Under the pieces are notes generated by a model, which had not been told where the DNA came from, did no database searches, and saw only the letters and a list, made by a program, of their open reading frames with translations. DNA of 64,000 bases, from positions 87,544,001-87,608,000 of the forward strand of contig OZ024745.1 in assembly GCA_964016885.1 (NCBI GenBank). Direction: 5' to 3'. Positions 53,379-64,000 of this stretch are shown here, one piece after another; positions within the stretch are counted from its first letter, which is position 1; each line of letters begins with the position of its first letter. Source of the DNA: Eledone cirrhosa (taxonomy: Eukaryota). Made by a program: the position numbers and the translations under genes.

Positions 53379-53666
53379 CAAATAACGAAACGAAATTAAA
53401 TTTCGTTTCGTTTGTAACTCACTTTTGTATGACAGACGCTTAAACAATTAAGTTAAAAATGTACATCCACATATGTATACTGAAATACTAGTATGCATAT
53501 GAATACACACACGTGTACATATGTAGATGTACCGAGTTTTTCACTGGTCACTTTACTGTGAGTGTCCAGCTATTCTGTATGTAAACACACAGACAAACCG
53601 GTTTTTAGAGTCATACTGGTTTTTGAGGAAACACCTTTCCTCTATTCTCCAGAAAGCCAGACAAGG

Positions 53667-53711
53667 AATATTGGACTAGTTTCGATGTTGTTACATCTCA
53701 TCAGCAATATT
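53667..53711 (-). ncRNA. Minimal type I hammerhead ribozyme (H2), fully canonical core
   Basis: Minus strand: aatattg CTGATGA gatgt aaca acatc GAAA ctag TC caatatt. Confidence 0.92.
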
Positions 53712-54132
53712 TACCTATCTTCCGGCCTTTCTAGAGAATCGTAAAAGCACATATCGTTATATGCTTTTTCTATGAAAATTAGTAGTGGGCAGACTAATTT
53801 GCATAGAGCGTGAGTACGTACCGGTTCAACGGAGACGATAAAAACAAATAACGAAACGAAATTAAATTTCGTTTCGTTTGTAACTCACTTTTGTATGACT
53901 GACGCTTAAACAATTAAGTTAAAAATGTACATCGACATATGTATACTGAAATACTAGTATGCATATGAATACACACACGTGTACATATGTAGATGTACCG
54001 AGTTTTTCACTGGTCACTTTACTGTGTGTGTCCAGCTATTCTGTATGTAAACACACAGACAAACCGGTTTTTAGAGTCATACTGGTATTTGAGGAAACAC
54101 CTTTCCTCTATTCTTCAGAAAGCCAGACAAAG

Positions 54133-54177
54133 AATATTGGGCTAGTTTCGATGTTGTTACATCTCATCAGCAATATT
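54133..54177 (-). ncRNA. Hammerhead ribozyme (H2, second unit), U16.1C mutant
   Basis: Minus strand: aatattg CTGATGA gatgt aaca acatc GAAA ctag CC caatatt. Confidence 0.75.
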
Positions 54178-54783
54178 TACCTATCTTCTGGCCTTTCTAG
54201 AGAATCGTAAAAGCACATATCGTTATATGCTTTTTCTATGAAAATTAGTAGTGGGCAGACTAATTTGCATAGAGCGTGAGTACGTACCGGTTCAACGGAG
54301 AAGATAAAAATAAATAACGAAACGAAATTAAATTTCGTTTCGTTTGTAACTCACTTTTGTATGACTAACGCTTAAACAATTAAGTTAAAAATGTACATCC
54401 ACATATGTATACTGAAATACTAGTATGCATATGAATACACACACATGTACATATGTAGATGTACCGAGTTTTTCACTGGTCGCTTTACTGTGAGTGTCCA
54501 GCTATTCTGTATGTAAACACACAGACAAACCGGTTTTTAGAGTCATACTGGTTTTTGAGGAAACACCTTTCCTCTATTCTCCAGAAAAACCAGTATGACT
54601 CTAAAAACCGGTTTGTCTGTGTGTTTACATACAGAATAGCTGGACACTCACAGTAAAGTGACCAGTGAAAAACTCGGTACATCTACACATGTACACGTGT
54701 GTGTATTCATATGCATACTAGTATTTCAGTATACATATGTGCATGTACATTTTTAACTTATATATATATATATATATATATTC

Positions 54784-54908
<125 letters not shown>

Positions 54909-54910
54909 AA

Positions 54911-55058
<148 letters not shown>

Positions 55059-55291
55059 TATATATATATATATATATATTCAGATATGAATATATATATG
55101 AATATATATATTCATATCTGAATATATATATATATATATATATATGTAGCGGCGATGAATTAGTTTAGCGAGGTTTTTTATATGAAATCGGGTGTCGAAA
55201 TAGATATTGTTATACTTGGGGTGTGTTCTGTTATTAATTCTGGCAATATTACGCAAATATGACCCTCCCCAAGTATAACAATATATATATA

Positions 55292-55434
<143 letters not shown>

Positions 55435-55609
55435 ATATATATATATATATTCATATATACATATATATATTCATGTATATATTTTTTTTTTAATGCGATG
55501 AAATACCAATGATGGTTGGAAAATCACTGTCGAAGGACTATTTTTATCATATGTAACCCATGTGCAAACCACGCAGTATTCTTCTTCCTTCTCATGTTTT
55601 TAATATATA

Positions 55610-55646
<37 letters not shown>

Positions 55647-55763
55647 GTAGAACACAGGAAGGTAATATCCGTAATGGTGGAAGACTCAGTCCAAGGGACG
55701 AGTTAGGTAGAACTGGTTACACAACATTTAGTTCACCATACCGAGAACAATTGTTTCACCTTA

Positions 55764-55801
55764 CGAGCTGATGATCCGCTAAGGTGAAACAATTGTTGTC
55801 G
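55764..55801 (+). ncRNA. Minimal hammerhead ribozyme (H8) within a short fold-back 55734-55809
   Basis: cgag CTGATGA tcc gctaa ggt GAAA caattg TT gtcg; downstream sequence matches 48408-48440. Confidence 0.62.
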
Positions 55802-55828
55802 GTATGGTGCACTAACTGTTGTGTAACC

Positions 55829-55920
<92 letters not shown>

Positions 55921-55922
<2 letters not shown>

Positions 55923-56430
55923 CTGGAAAAGAAATGAAATGAAATTTCATTTTTCACTCTTAGTACGGCTGACACTTAAATATAAGTATGTATACGTACA
56001 TTCATATATGTATACAGACGTACAGTAATATGTATATATATACATACATGCACATATATGTATATATATGTACGTATGGGTTTACCGAACATTTATTATA
56101 ACGTTCGGTTTGTTTGTAAACAAACAACCCTAATTAAGCCGTTCAGTGTTCGGCAACCATCGTTGCCCCTTTGTTCCACACTGACAAAGGAATGATGAAC
56201 TAGTTTCAAGCTTATGAGCTATCGTCAGCATCGTATACCTTCCTGTCAGATGATTGAACGTTTGAAAGTATATACTTTTCTTATGCATATTAACGGCTGA
56301 GCAGCCTAATTTGCATATCGAGTGAGTTAGTCGGCCGGGCGTACCGAAAACGATAAATGGAAAAGAATGAAATGAAATTTCATTTATCACTCTTAGTACG
56401 GCTGATACTTAAATATAAGTATGGAAACGT
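55921..56430 (-). repeat. H1 unit (1.1 copies) with hammerhead at 56192-56234
   Basis: Minus strand: acgatg CTGACGA tagct cata agctt GAAA ctag TT catcat; ggaaaagaa..gaaatgaaatttc recurs at both ends. Confidence 0.85.
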
Positions 56431-56508
56431 ACATACGTAACACATATATATATATATTATATTATGGAATACTGTTAGCTTCTCGCTACAATACTTTCTA
56501 TACCTTTC

Positions 56509-56576
<68 letters not shown>

Positions 56577-56647
56577 ATATATAATATATATATATGTATA
56601 TATATGTATATATATATATATATGTATATATAATATATATATATATG

Positions 56648-56725
<78 letters not shown>

Positions 56726-56798
56726 GTATGTATGTATACATACTTATATTTAACTATAAGCCGTACTAAGAGTGAGATATGAATATATATATATTCAT

Positions 56799-57066
56799 GG
56801 TGAAGGCGCATGGCTTAGTGGTTAAAGCATTGGGCTTGCAATAGAAAGGTTGTGAGTTCAATTCTTGGACCGGGTGATGTGTTCTTTCCTTGAGCAAGAC
56901 ACTTTATTTCACGTTGCTCCAGTTTACTCAGCGGTAAAAATGAGAACCGGCCTGCGTGCCCAGCTTGTGGGATGGAGTTATCTTATGGCTAAAACAGCAC
57001 GACGTGCTGTGACCAGCGGCGTCGATTGGCGCCCGGCAGACTGGTCGGTCAAAGTGATCAAGATGA
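56799..57066 (+). mobile_element. Second tRNA-derived SINE family (V-domain-like core)
   Basis: A box tggcttagtgg, B box gagttcaattc, core ccttgagcaagacactt. Confidence 0.85.
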
Positions 57067-57862
57067 TATATATTCATATATATATTCATATATATCAAAC
57101 TGGTATGTCCCATTGCAGTCTCTGTAATATGGAGCTTTTCCAAATTCTTAACTTCAGAAAAACCCTTCTTAACAGTAGAATTGAACGAACTATTTTTTGC
57201 CGGCACAAATCAGCAACCAAATTCGAGAACTTTTGACCAACCTGATTCCATTTTCTATTCCTTATCCCTTTTATACCACTAGAATCTATTACGATATCAC
57301 ATTATCAGCACCATTTTCACCTTTATAATTACCAAAGAACAACATCAGATCCTTTTGTATTCTTATACACCTCTATCTTTCACTATTTGTCTCTGCATTT
57401 CTCTACTTAAACCTATCTCGTCTCGATCATTTTATCTTATCCTGTAATACATCTTAAACTAGTTAATTTACTTATTAAAATATCACATAAATATATCCAA
57501 TATTATAATATATTCAACTTTACATCTATCCATATTTAATAATCATCAAACAACATTAATTTATTTCTTTATTCTCATCTCTACATTTCAGATGTTATAC
57601 CATTTTACACAACAATAGATGTAAATTGTTTATTTACTCATCTATCTGTTTATTTATTTATTTATCTATCCTTTTATTTATGAATTTATTAATTTATTTA
57701 TTTGTTTCTTTGCTTAAATCTCTATTTTTTACTTGCCTTGACTCTTGTATTAATGTATATTCGTCTGTCTGTTTACCTTCCTTCTTCTTTCCTTCATCAA
57801 CAATTACTGTCTCTGTCTGCTCTCCTTTTCCTTCTTCATTTTTTCTATCTCTTTCTCGTTTT

Positions 57863-57954
57863 CCTTCTTCTTCTTCTTCTTCTTCTTCTTCTTCTTCTTC
57901 TTCTTCTTCTTCTTCTTCTTCTTCTTCTTCTTCTTCTTCTTCTTCTTCTTCTTC
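57863..57954. repeat. (TTC)n microsatellite
   Basis: About 30 perfect units. Confidence 0.97.
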
Positions 57955-58418
57955 TCCTTATCCAGCTCTACTACATCTATCCCCCTCTTATCTGTCTATC
58001 TGTATCTTCATTATTAATATTATCTTCATTTTGATGTGATAGTTTGATTTCGTTATTTTGCCGGTTATGCATTTAACTCTATCTTCCTTCTCTCTTTCGT
58101 CTTTCTTTTCTCCTCCCCCTCCTTTCAATCTGTCACCCTTCCTTTATTTCTCTCTATATTTCTCTCTATCTTTATTATTAATATTATTATTGATGTAGTA
58201 ATTTGAATTTATAAATTTACCGTTACGCATATATTTTGTATTTTTTACCAGTTCTCTGACGAAATGATGTATGTTACATGTATTTTAAATTGCGTGTCAC
58301 TAATTTCAGTGTTTAGCAATATTTAGACAACTCTATCATAGAAACAATTGTTAGACTGTAAATAAATTTCATTGTTTGAACCGTTGACCATGTTATTCCT
58401 CACTTTTTCAATATTATA

Positions 58419-58496
<78 letters not shown>

Positions 58497-58510
58497 TATA
58501 TATATATATA

Positions 58511-58568
<58 letters not shown>

Positions 58569-58622
58569 TATATATATATATATATATATGTATATGAATA
58601 TATATATATATATATATATATA

Positions 58623-58674
<52 letters not shown>

Positions 58675-58694
58675 TATATATATTTATATATATT

Positions 58695-58786
<92 letters not shown>

Positions 58787-58796
58787 AAAAATATGT

Positions 58797-58885
58797 CCCC
58801 GACGGCAGAGCTCAAGCCGTTTCGACGGCTATTTCTGGACTGTCCTGAAATAGCCATCGAAACGGCTTGAGCTCTGCCGTCGGGG
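58797..58885. repeat. GC-rich near-perfect hairpin
   Basis: ccccgacggcagagctcaagccgtttcgacggctatttc / gaaatagccatcgaaacggcttgagctctgccgtcgggg. Confidence 0.9.
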
Positions 58886-59000
58886 TCATACCTTTTCCTA
58901 TTTCCCACTCTACTACCCTAAGTATTGAGTACTCTGGTGCGTTATGGTCCATCTGGTTCCTTACCACTATTCCTTTGCTATATATATATATATATATATA

Positions 59001-59124
<124 letters not shown>

Positions 59125-59488
59125 TATATTTATATGTATTCATATATATATTCATATATATATATAAATGGAATAGAATGAAACGAAATTTCATTTCTCA
59201 CTCTTAGTACGCAGTTACTTAAATGTAAGTATGTACATACATATATGTATACAGACGTACATACATATGTACGTACATACAAATGTAAGTACGTACATAC
59301 ATATATGTATACAGACGTACAGTAGTATGTATATGTATACATACATGCACACATATCTATATGCACATATCAGTTTACCGAACATTTATTATAATGCTCG
59401 GTTTGTTTGTAAACAAAGAAATAGCCCGAATTACGCGGTACAGTGTTTAGGAAACCAAATCACCTTTTTGTTCAACACTGACACAGGA

Positions 59489-59531
59489 ACGATGTACTAG
59501 TTTCAAGCTTATTAGCCATCGTCAGCATCGT
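59489..59531 (-). ncRNA. Minimal type I hammerhead ribozyme (H1)
   Basis: Minus strand: acgatg CTGACGA tggct aata agctt GAAA ctag TA catcgt. Confidence 0.87.
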
Positions 59532-59929
59532 ACACTTTCCTGTCAGATGGTTGAACGTCTGAAAGTATATACTTTTCTTATGCATATTAACGGCTGAGCA
59601 GCCTAATTTGCATAACGAGTGAGTTTAGTCGGCCGGGCGCACCGAAAAGGATAAACGGAATAGAATGAAACGAAATTTCATTTTTCACTCTTAGTACGGC
59701 AGTTACGGAAATGTAAGTATGTATATATGTGTACGTACATTCATATATGTATATAGACGTACAGTAGTATGTATATATATACATACATGCACACATATAT
59801 ATATGCACGTATCGGTTTACCGAACATTTATTATAATGCTCGGTTTGTTTGTAAACAAACAAACAGCTCGAATTACGCCGTACAGTGTTTAGGCAACCAC
59901 GTCACCTTTTTGTTCAACCTGACACTGGA

Positions 59930-59972
59930 ACGATGTATTACTTTCAAGCTCATTATCTATCATCAGCATCGT
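59930..59972 (-). ncRNA. Minimal type I hammerhead ribozyme (H1), drifted
   Basis: Minus strand: acgatg CTGATGA tagat aatg agctt GAAA gtaa TA catcgt. Confidence 0.75.
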
Positions 59973-60448
59973 GTACCTTCCTGCTAGATGGTTGAACGTC
60001 TGAAAGTATATACTTTCCTTATGCATATTAACGGCTGAGCAGCCTAATTTGCATATCGAATGAGTTTAGTTGGCCGGGCGCACTGAAAACGATAAATGGA
60101 ATAGAATGAAACGACATTTCATTTCTCACTCTTAGTACGGCAGTTAATTAAATGTAAGTATGTATGTATACGTACATACATATGTGTATACAGACGTACA
60201 GTAGTATATATAAATATATATATATATATACATGCAGGGATATATATATGCACGTATCGGTTTACTGAACATTTATTATAATGCTCCGTTTATATATATT
60301 AGAAAGTGAGGTTTTTTTATTATTTTTTTTTTACTGAATGAAAAATAACCGAGGTGTCCTACACGAGTGAAATTATAAAGAAAAAAACATGAAATCGAAA
60401 ATGTAACTAGAGTCTTATTTTTTAAAAATATATATATTTATTTGGTTC

Positions 60449-60481
60449 CTTTACCGGTTTCGCAGTTCTGCTTTTCAAAAG
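60449..60481 (-). ncRNA. Degenerate hammerhead relic (H11)
   Basis: Minus strand: ctt TTGAAAA gcag aa ctgc GAAA ccgg TA aag; two core substitutions. Confidence 0.4.
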
Positions 60482-60525
60482 TAGAATTGAGATGAAGGGT
60501 CTGTGGTTTTTCTCACTTCACTTTT

Positions 60526-60616
<91 letters not shown>

Positions 60617-60711
60617 TATATGAATATATATATGAATATATATATATGAATATATATATATGAATATATATATATATATATATATATGAATATATATATA
60701 TGAATATATAT

Positions 60712-60745
<34 letters not shown>

Positions 60746-60770
60746 TCATATATATATTTATATATGTATA

Positions 60771-60824
<54 letters not shown>

Positions 60825-60839
60825 TATATATTTGTATAT

Positions 60840-60879
<40 letters not shown>

Positions 60880-61043
60880 TCATATATATATCCATGAATA
60901 TATTCATATATATATTCATATATATATATATATATATATTCATATATATATATATATATATATTCATATATATATCCATGAATATATTCATATATATATT
61001 CATATATATATATATATATATATATATTCATACATATATATTC

Positions 61044-61102
<59 letters not shown>

Positions 61103-61188
61103 TATATATATATATATATGAATATATATATATATATGAATATATATATATATATATATGCATATACATATATAAATATATATATGAA

Positions 61189-61232
<44 letters not shown>

Positions 61233-61339
61233 TATACATATATAAATATATATATGAATACATATATATATATATATATATATTGTTATACTTTGGGAGG
61301 GTCATGTTGCCAATAAGAAACACACGCACCAGTTGCTTT

Positions 61340-62166
61340 CACTTCAATTTATTATATATTTATAAATTTATAAATTTACAAATCTACAAACTTATAAATT
61401 TCTGGTTGGTTGGTTGGTTCCACAACCAGATAGTTGTTTATATATAGTCATAGTCCTTTCGTCACACACTCTGTGACCTCTTCAGTGACTGGGGATTCCT
61501 TTCTTTGTTTCTGTGCCTTTCCTTTCTTCTGTCCTACGCCATTTTGTTTCTGTGTGTGTGTTGTGTGCTCAGTTTGCGCATGCGCCACATCCGGGTGTCT
61601 GTGTGTGTTTGTGTTCATTTATCTATTTGTTTATTTATTTACATGTTGTTGGTTGGTTGTTTGTTCTATGTGTGTGTGTGTTTTCATTTTGTCCTTAATT
61701 GTAAGTTGTGATGTTGCTGTTCCACTCATATTTTCTATTTAATTTTGGTTGTAATTCTTTTATGCTTACTGCCTCTGTAATTTGCCTAAACATTGCATCT
61801 TTTCTGTGTGTGGATTCTATTTTTATTTCTATGTTCTCTAATTTACCCTTGTGTTCTATCTTAGCATGTTGGTAGAGTACAGATGATTCTTTATTATCTT
61901 GAAGGTCTCGCCAGTGTTCATTTATCCGTTCCCCTATACTACGAGCTGTCTCATTTTTTTTTCTACATTGTCCTTCAGTACATTTTATGCTATACACTAC
62001 ATTTCTAGTTTTACAGTTAATATGGGGGCTTATTTTACAGGTTATACGTTTTTTATCTATACATGAGGGTCTTTGGAACGGGTGTGTCTTGCTAATAAGT
62101 GTTTTTACGGAGGTACCTGGTCTTTCTACTATCTTAATATTGAGTTTATGTTTATTTAGGGCCCTT
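61340..62166 (-). mobile_element. PLE 3' end (GIY-YIG + terminal repeat), inverted; same family as 42741-44150
   Basis: VYSIKCTEGQC..ETARSIGERINEH..RQITEAVSI..PKLNRKYEW; 3' UTR matches 42741-42860. Confidence 0.88.
61446..61490 (-). ncRNA. Minimal type I hammerhead ribozyme (H9) in PLE terminal repeat
   Basis: Minus strand: agtca CTGAAGA g gtcaca gagtg tgtgac GAAA ggac TA tgact. Confidence 0.82.
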
Positions 62167-64000
62167 AAACAGGCAAAGCTAAATCAGGATACTATAGAGT
62201 ATACCAATAGATATCCCGACAAAATTGACGGTATCAACATGGCCGACACCTCATTATCAGAAGAGTTCAACAACAAAAACACCAACATTTATGGGAACGC
62301 AAAAATAGATAATGATGAAATGTCTGTGTTATGTTTGCCGCCGAAATTTGCGACATTCAAGAAGGTAAATATGATTAGTTGTCTGTCAGAAATAGAAAAA
62401 TCATTTACAAAACTACGCTGGAGCATCAAAAACAAAAGCAACAATATACGCACACACATATACAACACACATCCCAACAACAACAGACACACAGACACAA
62501 ACAACAATAACAACAACACACACATCAACAACAACAACAATAGCAACATAGCCAGAAACAACAACAACAGACACGCAGACACAAACAACAATAACAACAC
62601 ACACAACAACGATAACACACACGGAGACAACAACACACATCAACAACAGCACACATCAACAACAACAACAACACACACGCATTCAATGCCTCTCACCACC
62701 ACCACAATCTTAACAAACACACAGACACAGAAAACAAGTAATGACAGTAGCACAGAAATCAGAGAAATAAGGGAAAGTAATAAGATTAAAAGGAAAAGGA
62801 GATGGGAGACTAAGGATAAAGAGAATAACCAAGACGAACACACAGACACACAAAATAGGGTAGATAACAACATTGAGCCAGTGGAAAGAGACAGGAGTAA
62901 TTATGAGAGACATAGAAACAACCATGAGGCTGTTGGTGGAAATAGAAATAGAAACAACACAACTAACAATAACAATAGCACTAGTACACATAAAGCAGCA
63001 GCCTGGAACTCTCCGTTTTATAATCCCTCCGATAAATCATTCGACCTGCGACGAGTCCACACCAAGACTTTACCATTTAACAAACGCACGCAGTTGCCGT
63101 CGCAGGTCGATGAATAAACAGAAGCACAATTTAGTATAACTAAATCCGAATTTAGAAATATTATAGAACAGTATAGCAAGAAGCATAATAGAATAGAGGC
63201 CCAGCAACTGGGAGAAAAATCTGCAAATGGCTTGCGTAAGCTCATGCAGCGCTCGCGTAATGGAGAGATAGCATGCTTTCCAACAGACAAGTCTGGCAGA
63301 ATGTCGGTTGACAGCCTGCCAAACTACATCCAGGCAATGCAACCCCACATCACTAACACAAGAGAGGTAACACCACAGGAGCATGAGGATAGAGAAAAAG
63401 CCCTCAATGCCCATATGGTGATGTGGACGAATATAATGCAGCCCAACAAAAGGACTGCCAACAACTTCCAGGCCTGGAACAATGACGTGCCGGCGTTGTA
63501 TGGGCTTCGAAAAGACCATAAAACGGGCTGTGACCCTGTCGCGGGACCACCAACACGGCCAGTCTGTGGAGCTAACATTGCTAGTAACTACAGACTGACC
63601 TACTTCCTCTCCCTGATCATACGCCCCATCATTGAGATGTCCCCAGATGTATGTGACAGCACGGAGGACATCCTCAGCAGAATCGGCATGAGTAACCGAT
63701 CTGGAAACCTAACAAAATGCATAATAGGCAGTATGGATGTTGTGTCCCTGTATCCATCTATTGACGTGGATTTTGCTGTGGAGAAATGCGTAGAAATGAT
63801 CAACGAGAGCAAGGTTGAGTTCCGTGGGATTGATACCAGTGAGCTGGGACTTCTACATAAGCTTACCCATAGTAATAGTTACCTAGACACTTATGACCTT
63901 AGCAACCTGTGCCCTACAAGACCAGCAAGAGGCAGACCACCTACCATTACCTCAATGGCCAAGAAAACCCACACAGATAGATGGAACGGGTGGACCAGAG
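62167..64000 (+). mobile_element. PLE ORF N-terminal half and RT start (runs off window)
   Basis: LCLPPKFA, EIEKSFTKLRW, Asn/Thr-rich insert, stop at 63115, then in frame FPTDKSGR, PALYGLRKDHK, TRPVCG, SMDVVSLYPSID. Confidence 0.88.

Larger units (their letters stand above)
53375..54760 (-). repeat. H2 tandem array, 466 bp unit x2.6, ending in a fold-back at ~54585
   Basis: aaaa(c/t)aaataacgaaacgaaatt at 53375, 53841 and 54307; 54586-54760 is the reverse complement of ~54380-54556. Confidence 0.95.
59166..60290 (-). repeat. H1 tandem array, ~440-490 bp unit x2.4
   Basis: aaa(t/c)ggaatagaatgaaacg at 59166, 59653 and 60094. Confidence 0.93.

Noticed and set aside
56805-56875. tRNA gene
   Set aside because: A and B boxes present but no cloverleaf; continues into SINE core
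57095-57240. Possible coding fragment on minus strand (VLEFG..FVP, like a PLE N-terminus)
   Set aside because: Too short and interrupted to assign; no splice evidence for a host exon
58250-58310. CTGACGA followed by a hairpin
   Set aside because: No GAAA and no stem I partner
61987-63117. 376 aa ORF as a membrane protein gene
   Set aside because: Chimera: the hydrophobic first ~60 aa are antisense PLE sequence fused at an inversion junction to the PLE N-terminus

Overview
Repeat-saturated, AT-rich animal DNA, most likely octopus/cephalopod judging by the SINE types and (TA)n/(TTA)n tracts; no host protein-coding exon was recognised. Left half (1-35.5 kb): a pile-up of non-LTR retrotransposons in (TTA)n microsatellite. 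It holds 5'-truncated copies of two R4/Dong-like RLE families (minus strand), three L1-Tx1-like elements with identical intact 5' ends (plus strand), a decayed CR1-group LINE and tRNA-derived SINEs; a ~5.9 kb composite is duplicated 17,818 bp away. Right half (35.5-64 kb): (TA)n tracts, fragments of several Penelope-like elements (PLEs) and many 300-480 bp non-coding repeat units. The main signal, invisible in the ORF track, is about 24 minimal type I hammerhead ribozyme motifs (stem I-CTGANGA-stem II-GAAA-short, mostly palindromic loop-TH-stem I), several degenerate, in about 11 sequence families (labelled H1-H11 here). They lie in tandem arrays (312, ~440, 466 bp units) and divergent fold-back pairs: a retrozyme/PLE terminal-repeat system. 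All folds were read by eye, coordinates are hand-counted, and activity is untested.
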